Shown here piece by piece: positions 53,049 to 64,000 of a stretch of 64,000 nucleotides of DNA (the stretch's first letter is position 1; each line of letters opens with the position of its first letter). Below the pieces are notes generated by a model. That model was not told the origin of the DNA. It ran no database searches and saw only the letters and a program-made list of their open reading frames with translations. The stretch comes from a virus (lineage: Duplodnaviria; Caudoviricetes): positions 64,001-128,000 of IMG/VR virus record IMGVR_UViG_3300033463_000010; one strand, written 5' to 3'. The position numbers and the translations under genes are program-made.

Positions 53049-53957
53049 TTAGTTGGAGCGGTAGCAGTAGTAACCGCACGGGAGTTCAATTTCCTTGCCG
53101 TCGTAGCGGGCAAGTTCATTGGCGGGACCGTCGGCTTCGGTTATGGCTTCAGCAAGAGCATCCAGGTCCACAAGGTTATTTTCTTTTATGGCTGTATTAA
53201 ATTCTTTTTCGCCAAAGTTATCCTTGAACCACTGAATGTAGTCATCGCCCCAATCTTCAAGGCATTTTTCAACTGCATCTTCTTCGTCAATGTCGCCAAA
53301 TTCTTCCTTGTAGCGTTCGGGTTCGCTTTCCTTAATATCATTCACGTAAAATTCAGCGTCTTCACGTTGAGCGTCTTTGAACCAATCCACGTCAAGGAAC
53401 TGTTCAATGCCACCGAGGTTATCAAAGTTAAGACCCGTAATGCCGAGGTCGTCAAGAATCTGCTTAACACCTTCATTAGAGGCTTCTTCTGCGTCGCTGT
53501 AATCGGCATAGCAGTAGTATTCTTCGTCACCAAAGGTCACACAAATGCCGTTACCAGGTGCATAGCTTTCAAGGGCTGCGTCTTCGTAGTTATTGCCTGT
53601 TTCTTCGGCAAGTTCCTTGACCATAGCCTTTACTTCGTCGGATTCGTCTTCAAGGGCTTCGTGCTTGCGGGACTTGTAGGCTTCCATAGCCTTCTGCATA
53701 GAGCATTCCTTCTTTTGCAGGCTTTCGTCCGTAGAGCGGGAGTAAACCACCTTGCCGTCGTCCACGGAACGCAACTGCATAGCAACAAAAGCCTTGCCCT
53801 TGTTGTCTTCAATCGTGCCGTCAATGAGGTCCTTACGGATAGTCGGGCTGTCGTCAACGACGGCTGCTCTTGTGAGAACGCTTGTCGGTTCATAGTTCGG
53901 GTTAAGGGGCTTGAACTCCTTCATATCCCCGCCTTTGTAGTAAACGTAGCATTTCAT
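53049..53957 (-). CDS. Two-module protein; very acidic YDGKE-type C-terminal domain (possible DNA mimic)
   Basis: AAGGAG RBS; internal ESLQKKECSMQKAMEAYKSRKHE linker; ELARYDGKEIELPCGYYCYR. Confidence 0.65.
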   Translation of the reverse strand: MKCYVYYKGGDMKEFKPLNPNYEPTSVLTRAAVVDDSPTIRKDLIDGTIEDNKGKAFVAMQLRSVDDGKVVYSRSTDESLQKKECSMQKAMEAYKSRKHEALEDESDEVKAMVKELAEETGNNYEDAALESYAPGNGICVTFGDEEYYCYADYSDAEEASNEGVKQILDDLGITGLNFDNLGGIEQFLDVDWFKDAQREDAEFYVNDIKESEPERYKEEFGDIDEEDAVEKCLEDWGDDYIQWFKDNFGEKEFNTAIKENNLVDLDALAEAITEADGPANELARYDGKEIELPCGYYCYRSN

Positions 53958-54072
53958 AATTACGAAACTCCTTTAAGTTGTTTGTCCGTAAAAATAATAA
54001 AAATTCGGTAGGTAGATAAATTCGGTAGGTGACTTCCTGCGTTTCTGCGGGCTTCGCTGCCGTCCTGGTAAT

Positions 54073-54101
54073 AATATAACAAATTACCGTGTAGCTGTCA
54101 A
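54073..54101 (-). promoter_or_regulatory. Early promoter
   Basis: TTGACA-17-TATATT on the minus strand. Confidence 0.75.
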
Positions 54102-54128
54102 TAGTAAATCTTAGATTTTTTTCAAAAA

Positions 54129-57100
54129 TTATTCGTTGCGGTAATAGTCCCGCAGGCTGTCGTTGGAAATAGCATTCACAATTCGGTTGCGTAAAGCCCG
54201 TTCACGGTCGCCTACGCCACACTCCAAGTTAGCCACTTCATACCAGGCTAAAATAATGCCTATGTCACCATCGGTAAGGGACAGCTTGTTCTTTGGGGGT
54301 TCACGCTTTGGCGGTTCTTTCGGGTGGATTAGCGTGAGCGGGTAGATTAGAACGTCCAGGATTTTTTCAAGAATACCCATTACAAGAGTTCCTTTGGGAA
54401 CGGGTGTTCCTCAATATCAATCGTAAATCCGTGAGCAGCGGGTTTTCGTGCTTTCGGGATTTTCATTTCAATGGTGCAGGGTTCCACTATTCCAGGGATT
54501 CCCTGGAAAATGACACGCCAACTTTTCGGCTCATATTTCGGAGCGTTCGCAGGCTTGAAGTTTTTCGGTTTTTCAACTTTAATGCACATAGAGCTAACCT
54601 CGCTTGCAGCATTCGTCGGGAAAGTTTAGGGCACATTCAAACACGCTGTTCGTCACGGGCTGAAAGTGCTTTCAATTACGGCACTTGTCTTTCGGGATAT
54701 ACTTGACTGTAGCCTGGGCTTTGATTTCACGGGGTTCAAACATATTACACCTCTTGAAGTCTAGGACCAATGCGGGTGTCAGCACCCTCGGTAACACGGT
54801 AAGGGATTTCCAGGGCTGCTGCAACCTTGTTCACGATTTCAGCGTCATATCGCCAGGTTGTCCCGAACGTGCTGTGGTCCGCAATCGTTTGAAGTTTGTA
54901 GATACACTTTTCTGCCAACAGCTTTACTTCGGCACCCTTGATTTCACGACGTTGGCTTTTAGACATAATACCCCCTGGGTTAAAGCGTCAAATCTAACTT
55001 GTTCTTTTCGTAGCATTCGTCGCATACACGGTAGGTGTAAAGACTACCAGGAAGCCTGCGGACCGATTCGGTTTTCAGTCGGCAATACATACAGGGCTTT
55101 CCCTTGCGGAAAAGGTTCTTGAAAAAGACTTTGATTTTGTTCATAGCGGTTTTTCCTTTTGTTGGTTAAGGTTGTATTTTTTGCAAATTGCTTTATACAG
55201 GCGAACGCCACAGTGGATAGTGAGCGTCCCCAGGTTGTCTTCAACGTAAATCGCCCTGTTCCACCTGTGGAGTATTCCACGCTTGAAAATAACGGGGTTC
55301 GGGTCTGCCGTTATCTTCTTTGCCGTGTCCAGGTAGGGTTCCAGGTAATGCAATTCGTATTGTGTGCTAGACTGCGACACGGTAATAAATCCCTTGCCTA
55401 CATAACGGACCACTCCGCATATCGGGGCATACGTGTGGTCCGTGATATGGGCTTTATGGGCATACGTCATAATGTCGCTCATTTCGGGGATTCCTATATG
55501 TATAATCGCTTCTCGCCACATATTACTTTAACGGTCTAAAAAATATCCCGCCTTCTTCGTTAGCAGAATCTATCAATTCCACGGGATAAATCCTGGGCTT
55601 TTCATTCGGGTCCGTAACCAGGCTCATAGCCAGGAATGCTTTTTCCCTTGCTTCAAGCAGCGAACAGGTGAACACAGTGCAGTCTTCAATTTTTTGGAAC
55701 GGGGACGGCTTCCATTTCTTGTCAGCGTCCAGGTAGCTGCTTTTCCCGTCGCATTCCTTTACAAGAATGAAACGACGATTCGGGGGTTCAATGTTCAACG
55801 GGGCGTTGATTACCACCGTAGGCAGGTCTTCCATAGGACCGTCGGCAAACAAGATGGCTTGCTGCTTGTAGGTGCCGTCCGTAAAGTCCGCAGTAATCAA
55901 GTAGGTGTGCCAACCGATACGGCTGTCATCGCAGTAGAAACGGCATTTGAGCGTGTCAAGGTTGAACGTATCTTCATACACGTTCTTGATATGGTCTTTG
56001 AGTTCTTGAAGTGACTTGACTTCTACCATACGCTCCATAGATTCGTGGAGCGTGAAAAAACTTCCCGCAGGGCGAATACGCATTATTTCACCTCTTCTTT
56101 TAGATACATAATTGTCAACCCGCCAAAGCGGGATTTGTCCGTAAGGTTTGCCCCAACTTGCCAGGGGATTTCAATACGGACAGTCTTAATGTCGTTGCCG
56201 TCATATTCCTTGCAATAGCTGTCAATGTCATTATTGATAAACGTATTGGCTGCTTCTTCGGTGGAATGCTCCGTGACCGTCCGTATGCAGGGGTTTTCTA
56301 CAAGAGCCTTGTATAAGGGATTGTCAACCCTTTCGCAGCGTGTAACTCTAAACATATTGGACCCCTAGAAGTTGCGGACATACAGGTGGAACTTTTCGTC
56401 CTTGCTTTCAAACGTAAGCGTGAACTGCTTGTCGTCGTCACGCAGAAGCATAATACGGATAGAATAGAACAGGTCTGTGACCTGTTCCCAGGTGTCGCAT
56501 ACAAGAATTTCGTGGGGGTTGGCATAGTAGCCGTCAATGCTTACCTTGTTCGGCTCAAGGTTTCTAATCGCACTGCGGAGCTGTTCAAGAACAACATCTT
56601 TCCAGGGGCGTGTCGGGTCCGCAACGAATTGGAATTGAAGCGGGTTGTTGTTTTTGGTATTTTCCCAAACACCTGTGAACATTTTTACGGGAACGTGCAT
56701 TTGATTATCCTCGGTTGTGGTTTAACTTCACCCTAAATATAATAAAATACCTGTGTGCTGTCAACAGGTATTTCAAAAATTTTTAATTTTTATTTTAGGG
56801 TTCTGCGTCGTCAAAATGCCCGCAGCCTTTGATACGCTCCCCGCACATAGGGCAGAACTTGATAGCCACCGCTACCCAATCGCCATTCTGCGTATATACG
56901 GACAGGTAGTTGTCTTCGTCAATGAAGGCTTCGTCCTTTCCCCTGTCTGCAAACAGTGGGAACCGCTTTGCTTCTTCATTGGTTTCGTGGTCGCAATACT
57001 CACACATAGGCTAGAACTCCAACTTTTGCCCGCACATAGGGCAGAACTTGATTTTGATAGAGTGCAGGGCGAAATCCCAACCGTCCCTACGGACCGCAAG

Positions 57101-60100
57101 CCTGCCCGTATTCATTAACCGAAACAGGTCGCTGCCCTCACCGAAATCTGCTCCCGCCTGTAATCCGTCTTTATGGGTGGTCTTGCAATACTTACACATT
57201 GGTAGCCCCCAGGATTTCACGGAACTTCGCCACGGCTGCGTCGTTCAAGGTTTTGTATTTCATACACATAGCTTGCATTTTGGCGATAACGTCTTCTGCG
57301 GATATTTCGGTAAGTTCTGCAAAGAACGGGATTTCGGTAATCTTTTCGTTGGCGACACGCTTTGAAAGTTCTATGAACCCGCCCTTGATTTCCACGGACC
57401 ACGGAGTTATTTCGGGAACCGTGTATGCACTGTCAGTTCCTACAAGTCTTCCCGACAATCCGAGAGAGTCGCCTTCCTTGCCAACTTCCTGGATTAGAAC
57501 GTAATTGTCCCAGGGGTTGTCTTTTAGGACAAACGTCTTACCCACCAGGCATTTCCTGTAATGACCCAAAATGTCAAGGCACAGCTTTTCGGCATCCAGG
57601 TTCAATGCTGTGCTTTCACCCAGGGACGCTTCTAACTCTTTTAGCAGTGCGTCTTCGGCAGCGGTCCGCTTCTTAATCTGTTGGAGCCTGTTTAGAATGT
57701 TGGCACGTTGCACACGGTCGGGTTCGTAGATTCGTGTTTTAAGGTAATCGTGATAAACCTGGTAAGCCGTGATTAGCTCTTTTGGTGTTTCAATCATAAT
57801 CCTATCCTTGACTTTCTAATTGTAATATAGCACCAGGGCTTTTATTTTCAATTCGGGAGTTCGGGCAGTTCAAAAGAACTTCCAGGACGACTGCGAGCAT
57901 TTCCTTTAAGTTTTCAAACGAATAGGTATGCTCCCACAGTGAGAACCCAATACGGTATTTTTCCAGGCGTTCTTTAAGCGGTTCCGTGATAGGCTTCACT
58001 AGGGATAGGTCTTCTTTCCAATCGGGACCGTAGGAAAGGATTCGGCTACCGTGGATTCCTTCTTTCGTTGCGGTGTTTAGTGTCACCTTGCCGTTGTGTT
58101 CCACCAGGTCTTTCGCAAAGCAGGCTACCGTCCGCAGGTCACACAGGAACCTGCCCGTGAACGGGTCCCCGTGCTGTAACAGACCGTCCAAACGTTGCTT
58201 CCGTTTATGCAGGGCAACTTCAACGTCGGTCATTACTCTTGTGGTTTCTTCGGTTATTTGCTGCATACGCTATTCCAGGTCAATTTTTTTGCAGGTGTAT
58301 TCGTCGCCTGTCTTTTCGGGGTTCCAGGTGTAGCACAGAATAGAGAAATGCGGACCGTCGTCAAGGACAAACGTAATGAACGCCACGAACTGTTCAAGTG
58401 CTTTCTGTTCATACAGCGAAATGCGTGTAGGAACTTCGGGGAACTGCTTTGCGATTTCGGCTTTGCAGTTTTTGGTCGTGGTGGTCATCCATTCCTTGAT
58501 AGTGTCGTAATTGAACTCTTTGGGGAGTTCCATTTCATAGGCAATCTTGACGATTTCTGTAATAGCTTCAAATTTATTTTTCATTTTTCTGTTCCTTTGT
58601 TTCGGATTGTTTCTTTTGTAAAACGTAGTTTATGCACCTGCAAAGAATAGCCCCGCAGGTTTGGAATGACTCAACGCTCTTATCGTAATCCTGGACTTGA
58701 TAGGCTGCGAACGCTTCTGCCATTTCACGCATAAGCATATTGTCGGCACATTCCAGGTCGGAGCGGGAAATCGCCCGTAAGGACATAAGCCACGACCCCG
58801 CCTTTTCGTTCGTGAAGTGCCTACACAGAACAGGCTTTTCTAGCAAATGCTGTTCTAGCTTTTTCTGTATTCCGTCCACGCTACTTGTGTAATCCATTTT
58901 GAGCCTTCTTTTTCAGCAGAGTTTCTTCACGCTTGATATGCTTGCCAATATAGCTTAAAATATACTTGTTACATTCAAGTGCCCCGTCAAGCTGCGGGGC
59001 TTCCCAGGAACAGCAGCAACGTCGGTAGTTGTATAAATTCTGCCGTTGGTTATCCAGGGCTTTCTTGATAGTCTTCAAAGTTTTCAAGTCCATAGGTTGT
59101 CCCCGTTAGAAAAGTGGTTCGGTCCGTTCTTCAATGTATTCAACAGCCTGGATAATCAAGTCAAGCCAAACACGGATTCGCTTCAACCCCTTAATCTTTG
59201 CGTTAGGGTCCTTAATAGCCTTGTCCTTTGCGTAATAGGTGTCAACGGGTTCCTGGAACGGCTTACCGATTTCGTTGGCGATAGCCTTGCAGGTGTCGTG
59301 CCACAGGCTGCTAGAATATGCAGCTATGGTCCCAAGCGGACCCGCAGCGTCGCCCAGGACCTTTACTTCCGCTAGACCCCTTTGGGCAGGGTCGGAAATG
59401 TTAGTTTCAAAATATATAAACGCAGCGATTACAGCGTCCATCCAAACACGGACCCGCTTCAATGAACGGACCTTAATGTTTTCGTCGTTAATGGCTGCGT
59501 CTTCCCTGTAATACTTGTCGGCAGCGGTGAGCAGCTTTTCGTTGTCGTAGTTGTTTACGCCATCGGAGTAGGCTTCCCACAGTTTAGGCGTAAGGACCAT
59601 AAGGACCCCAAGCGGGTCCGCAACATACTTGCCCGCAATCTTGTTCTCAACGTCACCGCCCTCGTAAAAGCTATACTTTTTCTTCTGTTCCATTTTCTTG
59701 TTCCTTTGGGTTATCCAGGCTATTAAGATACCAAGCATACCTCGCAGCGTAGTGCAGGATAATATCAAAATGCAGGGCGTAGTTCCTTGTCTTCTTTGCG
59801 AATCGCACACCCACGGATTGCCCGTTAATAAAGCTGTCGTATTCGTTAGGGGGCATATCCTTTGGTGCCAGGTCGTTACGGATTCCGTCCTTGCCAATGT
59901 AAATCTTGAACAGCGGATAGCCGTTTTCCACCTTGATTTCAAACAGCGGGTGCGACAACCAATAGACGACTGTGAAACCGTCGTCACCGTCTTTTTCTGT
60001 AATGAACCGCAAGGCGTGACAGAAGCGGGCATAGTTTTCAAGGCACCACTTTACAGACGACGCTTGCTTTACACCGTCGTAGCCTGCGAACTCATATCGC

Positions 60101-63100
60101 ACACCGCAGTCGTGCGGGTTGATTTCGGGGAGGCTCTTTAAAATTTCAATAACGCTCATAGTTTGTTCCTTAATTATACCACGCTAATTTGCTTAAAAAG
60201 GCACGGGCTTCTTCGGACGAATTAAAACAAAGTTTTCCGTGGCGTTTAGAATGCCACTCACCCGAACCGTCCTTGCTAATGCGGGTGTCCTTATAATGAT
60301 GCCAAAACCTTTCCCACGTATGCTTATGCTGCGGATAGAATTTTCCACGCTTGTAGGCGATACGGTGCGAGTTGTTCACAGCCAGGAACCATTCGCCCAT
60401 AATGAGCTTGTAAAGCGACGAGCCTATACCCCAACAAATGATTCCGAATAAAGTGGCTAGGCAGCAAATGATTACAATTTCAATCATAGAAACCCTTTAC
60501 TTGATTTTGTGTTTCACATAACATTCGGGGCACACTGTAACTTTGCGGACGCACACCGTCCCCAATTCATAAATCCTGGCAACCGCCTTAATGGGGTGCT
60601 GCGTAGGCTTACGGCAGTTCACGCAGATATTTGACGAAAACAGACCCATATTACCCCTGGTTGCCCGTATAGGCTTTCAAGATTTGTTCCAGGTAGTCCA
60701 TATTTTCCAGGCACAGGTCTTCGGCACGTTTCAGTTTATCGCAAAATTCCTTTATGCTCCAATGACTATTAGGGTGTTTAGCCAAATAGAATTGAACATT
60801 GAAATAGCGACAAATGTTCCGACGTGCGGACCATAACGCCCGCTTACGCATAAGTGCGTTAATGTCAGCTTTGCCCTTACTTTCGGACAACAGGTTATAG
60901 CGGTTCTTCCACCGTGCAAGTTCCTTTTTAGCCCCGTCCTGCTGTTGTTCCATTTGCGAAATGAGCAGGTCCACGTCGTCCTTGTAATAGAACACCGTAG
61001 GTTCTTCCCAGGTCTTCTCTTTTTCATTCACGACGCAAATTCGTCTTGTCCGTAAGTCAGCCTTATTCATTGGTTGCCCCGCTTTGCCCGATTAAGGTCA
61101 AATTCCATTTTGGATATGATAGCTTTGAGTTTATTGTTTTCGTTACGCAGCTTTATATTTGCCCGTAACTCTTTGTTGAATTTGACCCGATACTTTTCAA
61201 GGTTCCCAAGCAGCGACTTGTTTTGCTGTTCGGAAAATTCCAGGGCTGCTGCCCATTCCTTTTCGGTCATAGGTCTATTCAGCTTCAGTGTCTTTATCTT
61301 TCTTTTCATTTTCTACCGTGTCTTCGGGGAATGCGTCAAACAGTTCGTTGGCGAGCCTGTCTGCTATCGTGATATTTTCAATGACCGTTGCAGTTTGCAT
61401 AGGGTCGTCACAAATACAACTCTTGCACAGCATAACCGCACTTCTCAAGTCCCACAGCTTGTTATACAAGTCCATCGGACGCATATCCATTTGTGCGTCG
61501 TAGGCAGGCTTGCTGACAGTGTAGGCGAATTGTTCCGTGGACGGTTGTATATCCATTTCATAGATATGGACTTCCCTGGAGTTGTGGGAACCCTTCCACT
61601 GCAAGGCAATTTTTTCGGCTGCTTCCCTTGACGGTAGCCCGTCAATATGGTCCATAGCTGCGGGAGCGTTCCCGTATGCGTCGCTGATTGTAAATAAAAT
61701 TCCCCACATAGTTAAATCCTCGGCACACGCTTAACACGCTTTACTTTGAGAAGTCCCAAACGCTTCTTTGCTTCGCAGCGTTCACACAGCGGGTGATATT
61801 CGTTTGCATAGAACGCCTCCCCGCAATTCATACAGTCATACCAATTATCTTCACCATTGAGCCACGCCATAGTTATTTACCTCTTGAAAGTTTATCGCCA
61901 CACAACGGGCAGAATTTGAATTTGAAAACCGCCATACGGTCCACGAACTGCGGGTCGCCCTCGTTGTTAATTACATTAAAATAACCCTGGTCGTCAAGGA
62001 TAGCGTCAATATCCTTGTCCTGGGACTTGATGGACGATTGCGTTTTACACGGACAAAGTTTTTTAGTCATACGTTACTTACCCCAATTTTCGCCAATATA
62101 CTTCTTTACCATATTCTTGTCGTAGTGGTCGGAACCCGTGCAGATACATTCAAATTTGCAACGGCAGCAATAGTGCCAATCGCCACGGTAGGGACAATTT
62201 TTCATAGTTTTGTAGTCGTCGGCAAGTTTGTGTGGGTGCGAGTCCCTTTGCTGCTTTTTAGACAGCAGGTCTTTCAGTTTAGCCGTCACGCTTAAAGCAG
62301 CCCAATTCTGTTCGGGCAGGGACTTTATAATTTCCTGGGCTTCGTCCACGGTCAGTTCCACACAGATAATGTCTTGCCGTTGCTGCATAGGCTATTCCTT
62401 TCCGTCCAAAATCTTGCTTACCTTAAAGTCAATAGCAAGGATTAAATTCAAGCCTACACCCGATTGCAGGGGGCTGAGGTGGCAAATACCGTAGAACAGG
62501 TCGGAATGGTTCCACCCAAGCGATTCCCGTTTGGTCTTGATGGCTTCTACCAAGTGTTTAGCAATGTCGTCCACGTCCTGTTCGGTAGGTTCATTGTCAA
62601 TGCTATATGGCAAGGTGTAGGCTACGTCACAGGTCTTTTCGTTCCGCAATTCAAAAAAGAAGATATGGGGATTGTTGAGGAGGTGGTTATAGCGGTTCAT
62701 AAAGGTGTTCCTTATAGTTCGGGGTTACTTGCCGATTTCTACACAGTGAAATCTGTGTGACAAATCTACCTGCCACACGTTGCCTTCAGCCCTAAAATCC
62801 TTGACACGGTTTTGAGCGACGAAAGAATGACCTGCTTCAATGCAAGCCTTTTCGGTCTTGAAATAGTGAATGACCGTAGAGGTCACAGGGGAGTTAGGCG
62901 TAATCTTGCCGTTGGCTCCCAATAAAGTAAACAATACTAAAACCCACATAATTATTTCCTGTTAAAAAGTATGATTAAACTAATGACTACCGCAAGAAGG
63001 GCACAGGCTAGGTTATGTGACACAATCCCGACGGTTAGGGCTGTCGCCATAGCCATAAGTGTAGCTGCAACTTGCACACGCCTTGCGGTCCACCAGGATT

Positions 63101-63807
63101 CCTTGACTTCCCGTTTCGGTGCTTCGTGGAACAATCCGTTCTTCATAGCACAACCCAGGCAAACGCTACGGGGCTTACCGCTTGCGAACGTTTCACCGCA
63201 AATAACGCATTTACGGGTTTTGTTGTAGTTCGGGAACTTGCGGTCAAATTCCGCTTTAAGTTTCTTTTCGTCTAAATTCCAACCGTCCATTATTTCTTAC
63301 GCTCCCAATGGTTTGGGGACACTTCTTCATATCCCCAAGATTCAAAAAGTTTTCTAGCATCTTCTGTGACGGCAACAGAAATAAATCCTGTTACGGGTCT
63401 TTTGCGTTGTATCATCTTGGAAGCCTCTATAATGGTTTCCTTGATGCTTTTCTTGATAGGTTCGGCAATACCTTTGCCGTCGTTAAGTTTTTCTTCTGTG
63501 AAACTCATTGTTTTTCCCATTGGTCCTTTGCTACTTCAACGTAGCCATTTTCACGGAGCATTTCTTCGGCACGTTTCTTGTCCTGCTCACTGTGACAAAA
63601 GATAGTTCCACGGTTAATATCTACGGGACCCTGGTTCACTTTTACAAGCGTATCGTGCATATCCCGCATAGCCCCGATAATCTGTTCAACGGTGGGTTCA
63701 GTCCAACTTGTCGGGGTAGCGGGCTTCACCAATTTCTTTTTTGAGTTTGAGGTATTCATTCCACTTCTTTTCCATTTCGGGGCTGCACCATTCGTTATGC
63801 GGGACAA
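54129..63807 (-). other. Cluster of small hypothetical ORFs on the minus strand (e.g. 55141..55521, 55523..56083, 56365..56700, 56795..57007 and 57011..57199 zinc ribbons, 57192..57797, 57802..58266, 58270..58584, 58574..58897, 59106..59693, 59671..60159, 60651..61070, 61275..61709, 61873..62070, 62392..62700, 62952..63290)
   Basis: Co-oriented ORFs with overlapping stop/start codons. Confidence 0.7.
56736..56772 (-). promoter_or_regulatory. Early promoter (inverted-repeat class)
   Basis: aaatacctgt-TGACA-gcac-acaggtattt; TATATT. Confidence 0.85.
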
Positions 63808-64000
63808 TCCTGTAAGTCACTTTGCGTTCCACAACCGTGAACGGGCACTTGTCAGTGGTTTCAGTCTGCGAGCGGGTCTGCGTGAACACGTCCTGCAAAG
63901 TAAGGCAGGTCCACATAGTCGGTGCATTGGGGTCGCTCCCGAACTTTACACGATAGTCAATATCGGGTTTCTTGTATTCAACCTTTTCCGAAGCGGGGCG

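Noticed and set aside
1-64000. Host assignment (Fibrobacter-like codon style suspected)
   Set aside because: Impression only; there is no marker gene or spacer evidence in the window

Overview
This is a 64 kb segment of a large myovirus (jumbo or T4-like architecture, about 50% GC); no bacterial housekeeping genes are visible. 1-8.8 kb holds acidic, modular putative head/internal proteins. 8.8-18.4 kb is a contractile tail module (sheath, tube, chaperone/hub assembly protein, tape measure, baseplate). 18.5-39 kb (+ strand) and 42.5-64 kb (- strand) are two convergent arms of small, mostly unknown early-type ORFs driven by a repeated sigma70-like promoter whose -35 box sits inside a covarying inverted repeat. 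The arms meet at a C/G-skew switch (39-42 kb) containing long palindromes, two HNH genes and a candidate ncRNA. Three TnpB/Cas12f-like genes are present, with no transposase and no CRISPR array, plus one N6-adenine MTase. The strongest candidate for a new system is about 10 dispersed genes that share N-terminal leaders (M-S-x-K-I-K/R-x-H-E or C-S-M-Q-K-K-x-E) and/or E-S-K-K-S/N-E linkers between unrelated small acidic domains. This suggests capsid-targeted, protease-processed polyprotein cargo, possibly injected anti-defence factors. Other highlights are a kissing-loop ncRNA with its own promoter and terminator, a prfB-like CTT-TGA-C +1 frameshift before the tape measure gene, a Ser-less ACP-like protein and apparent strong avoidance of 4-bp palindromes. 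All family assignments come from motif recognition by eye, without database searches.
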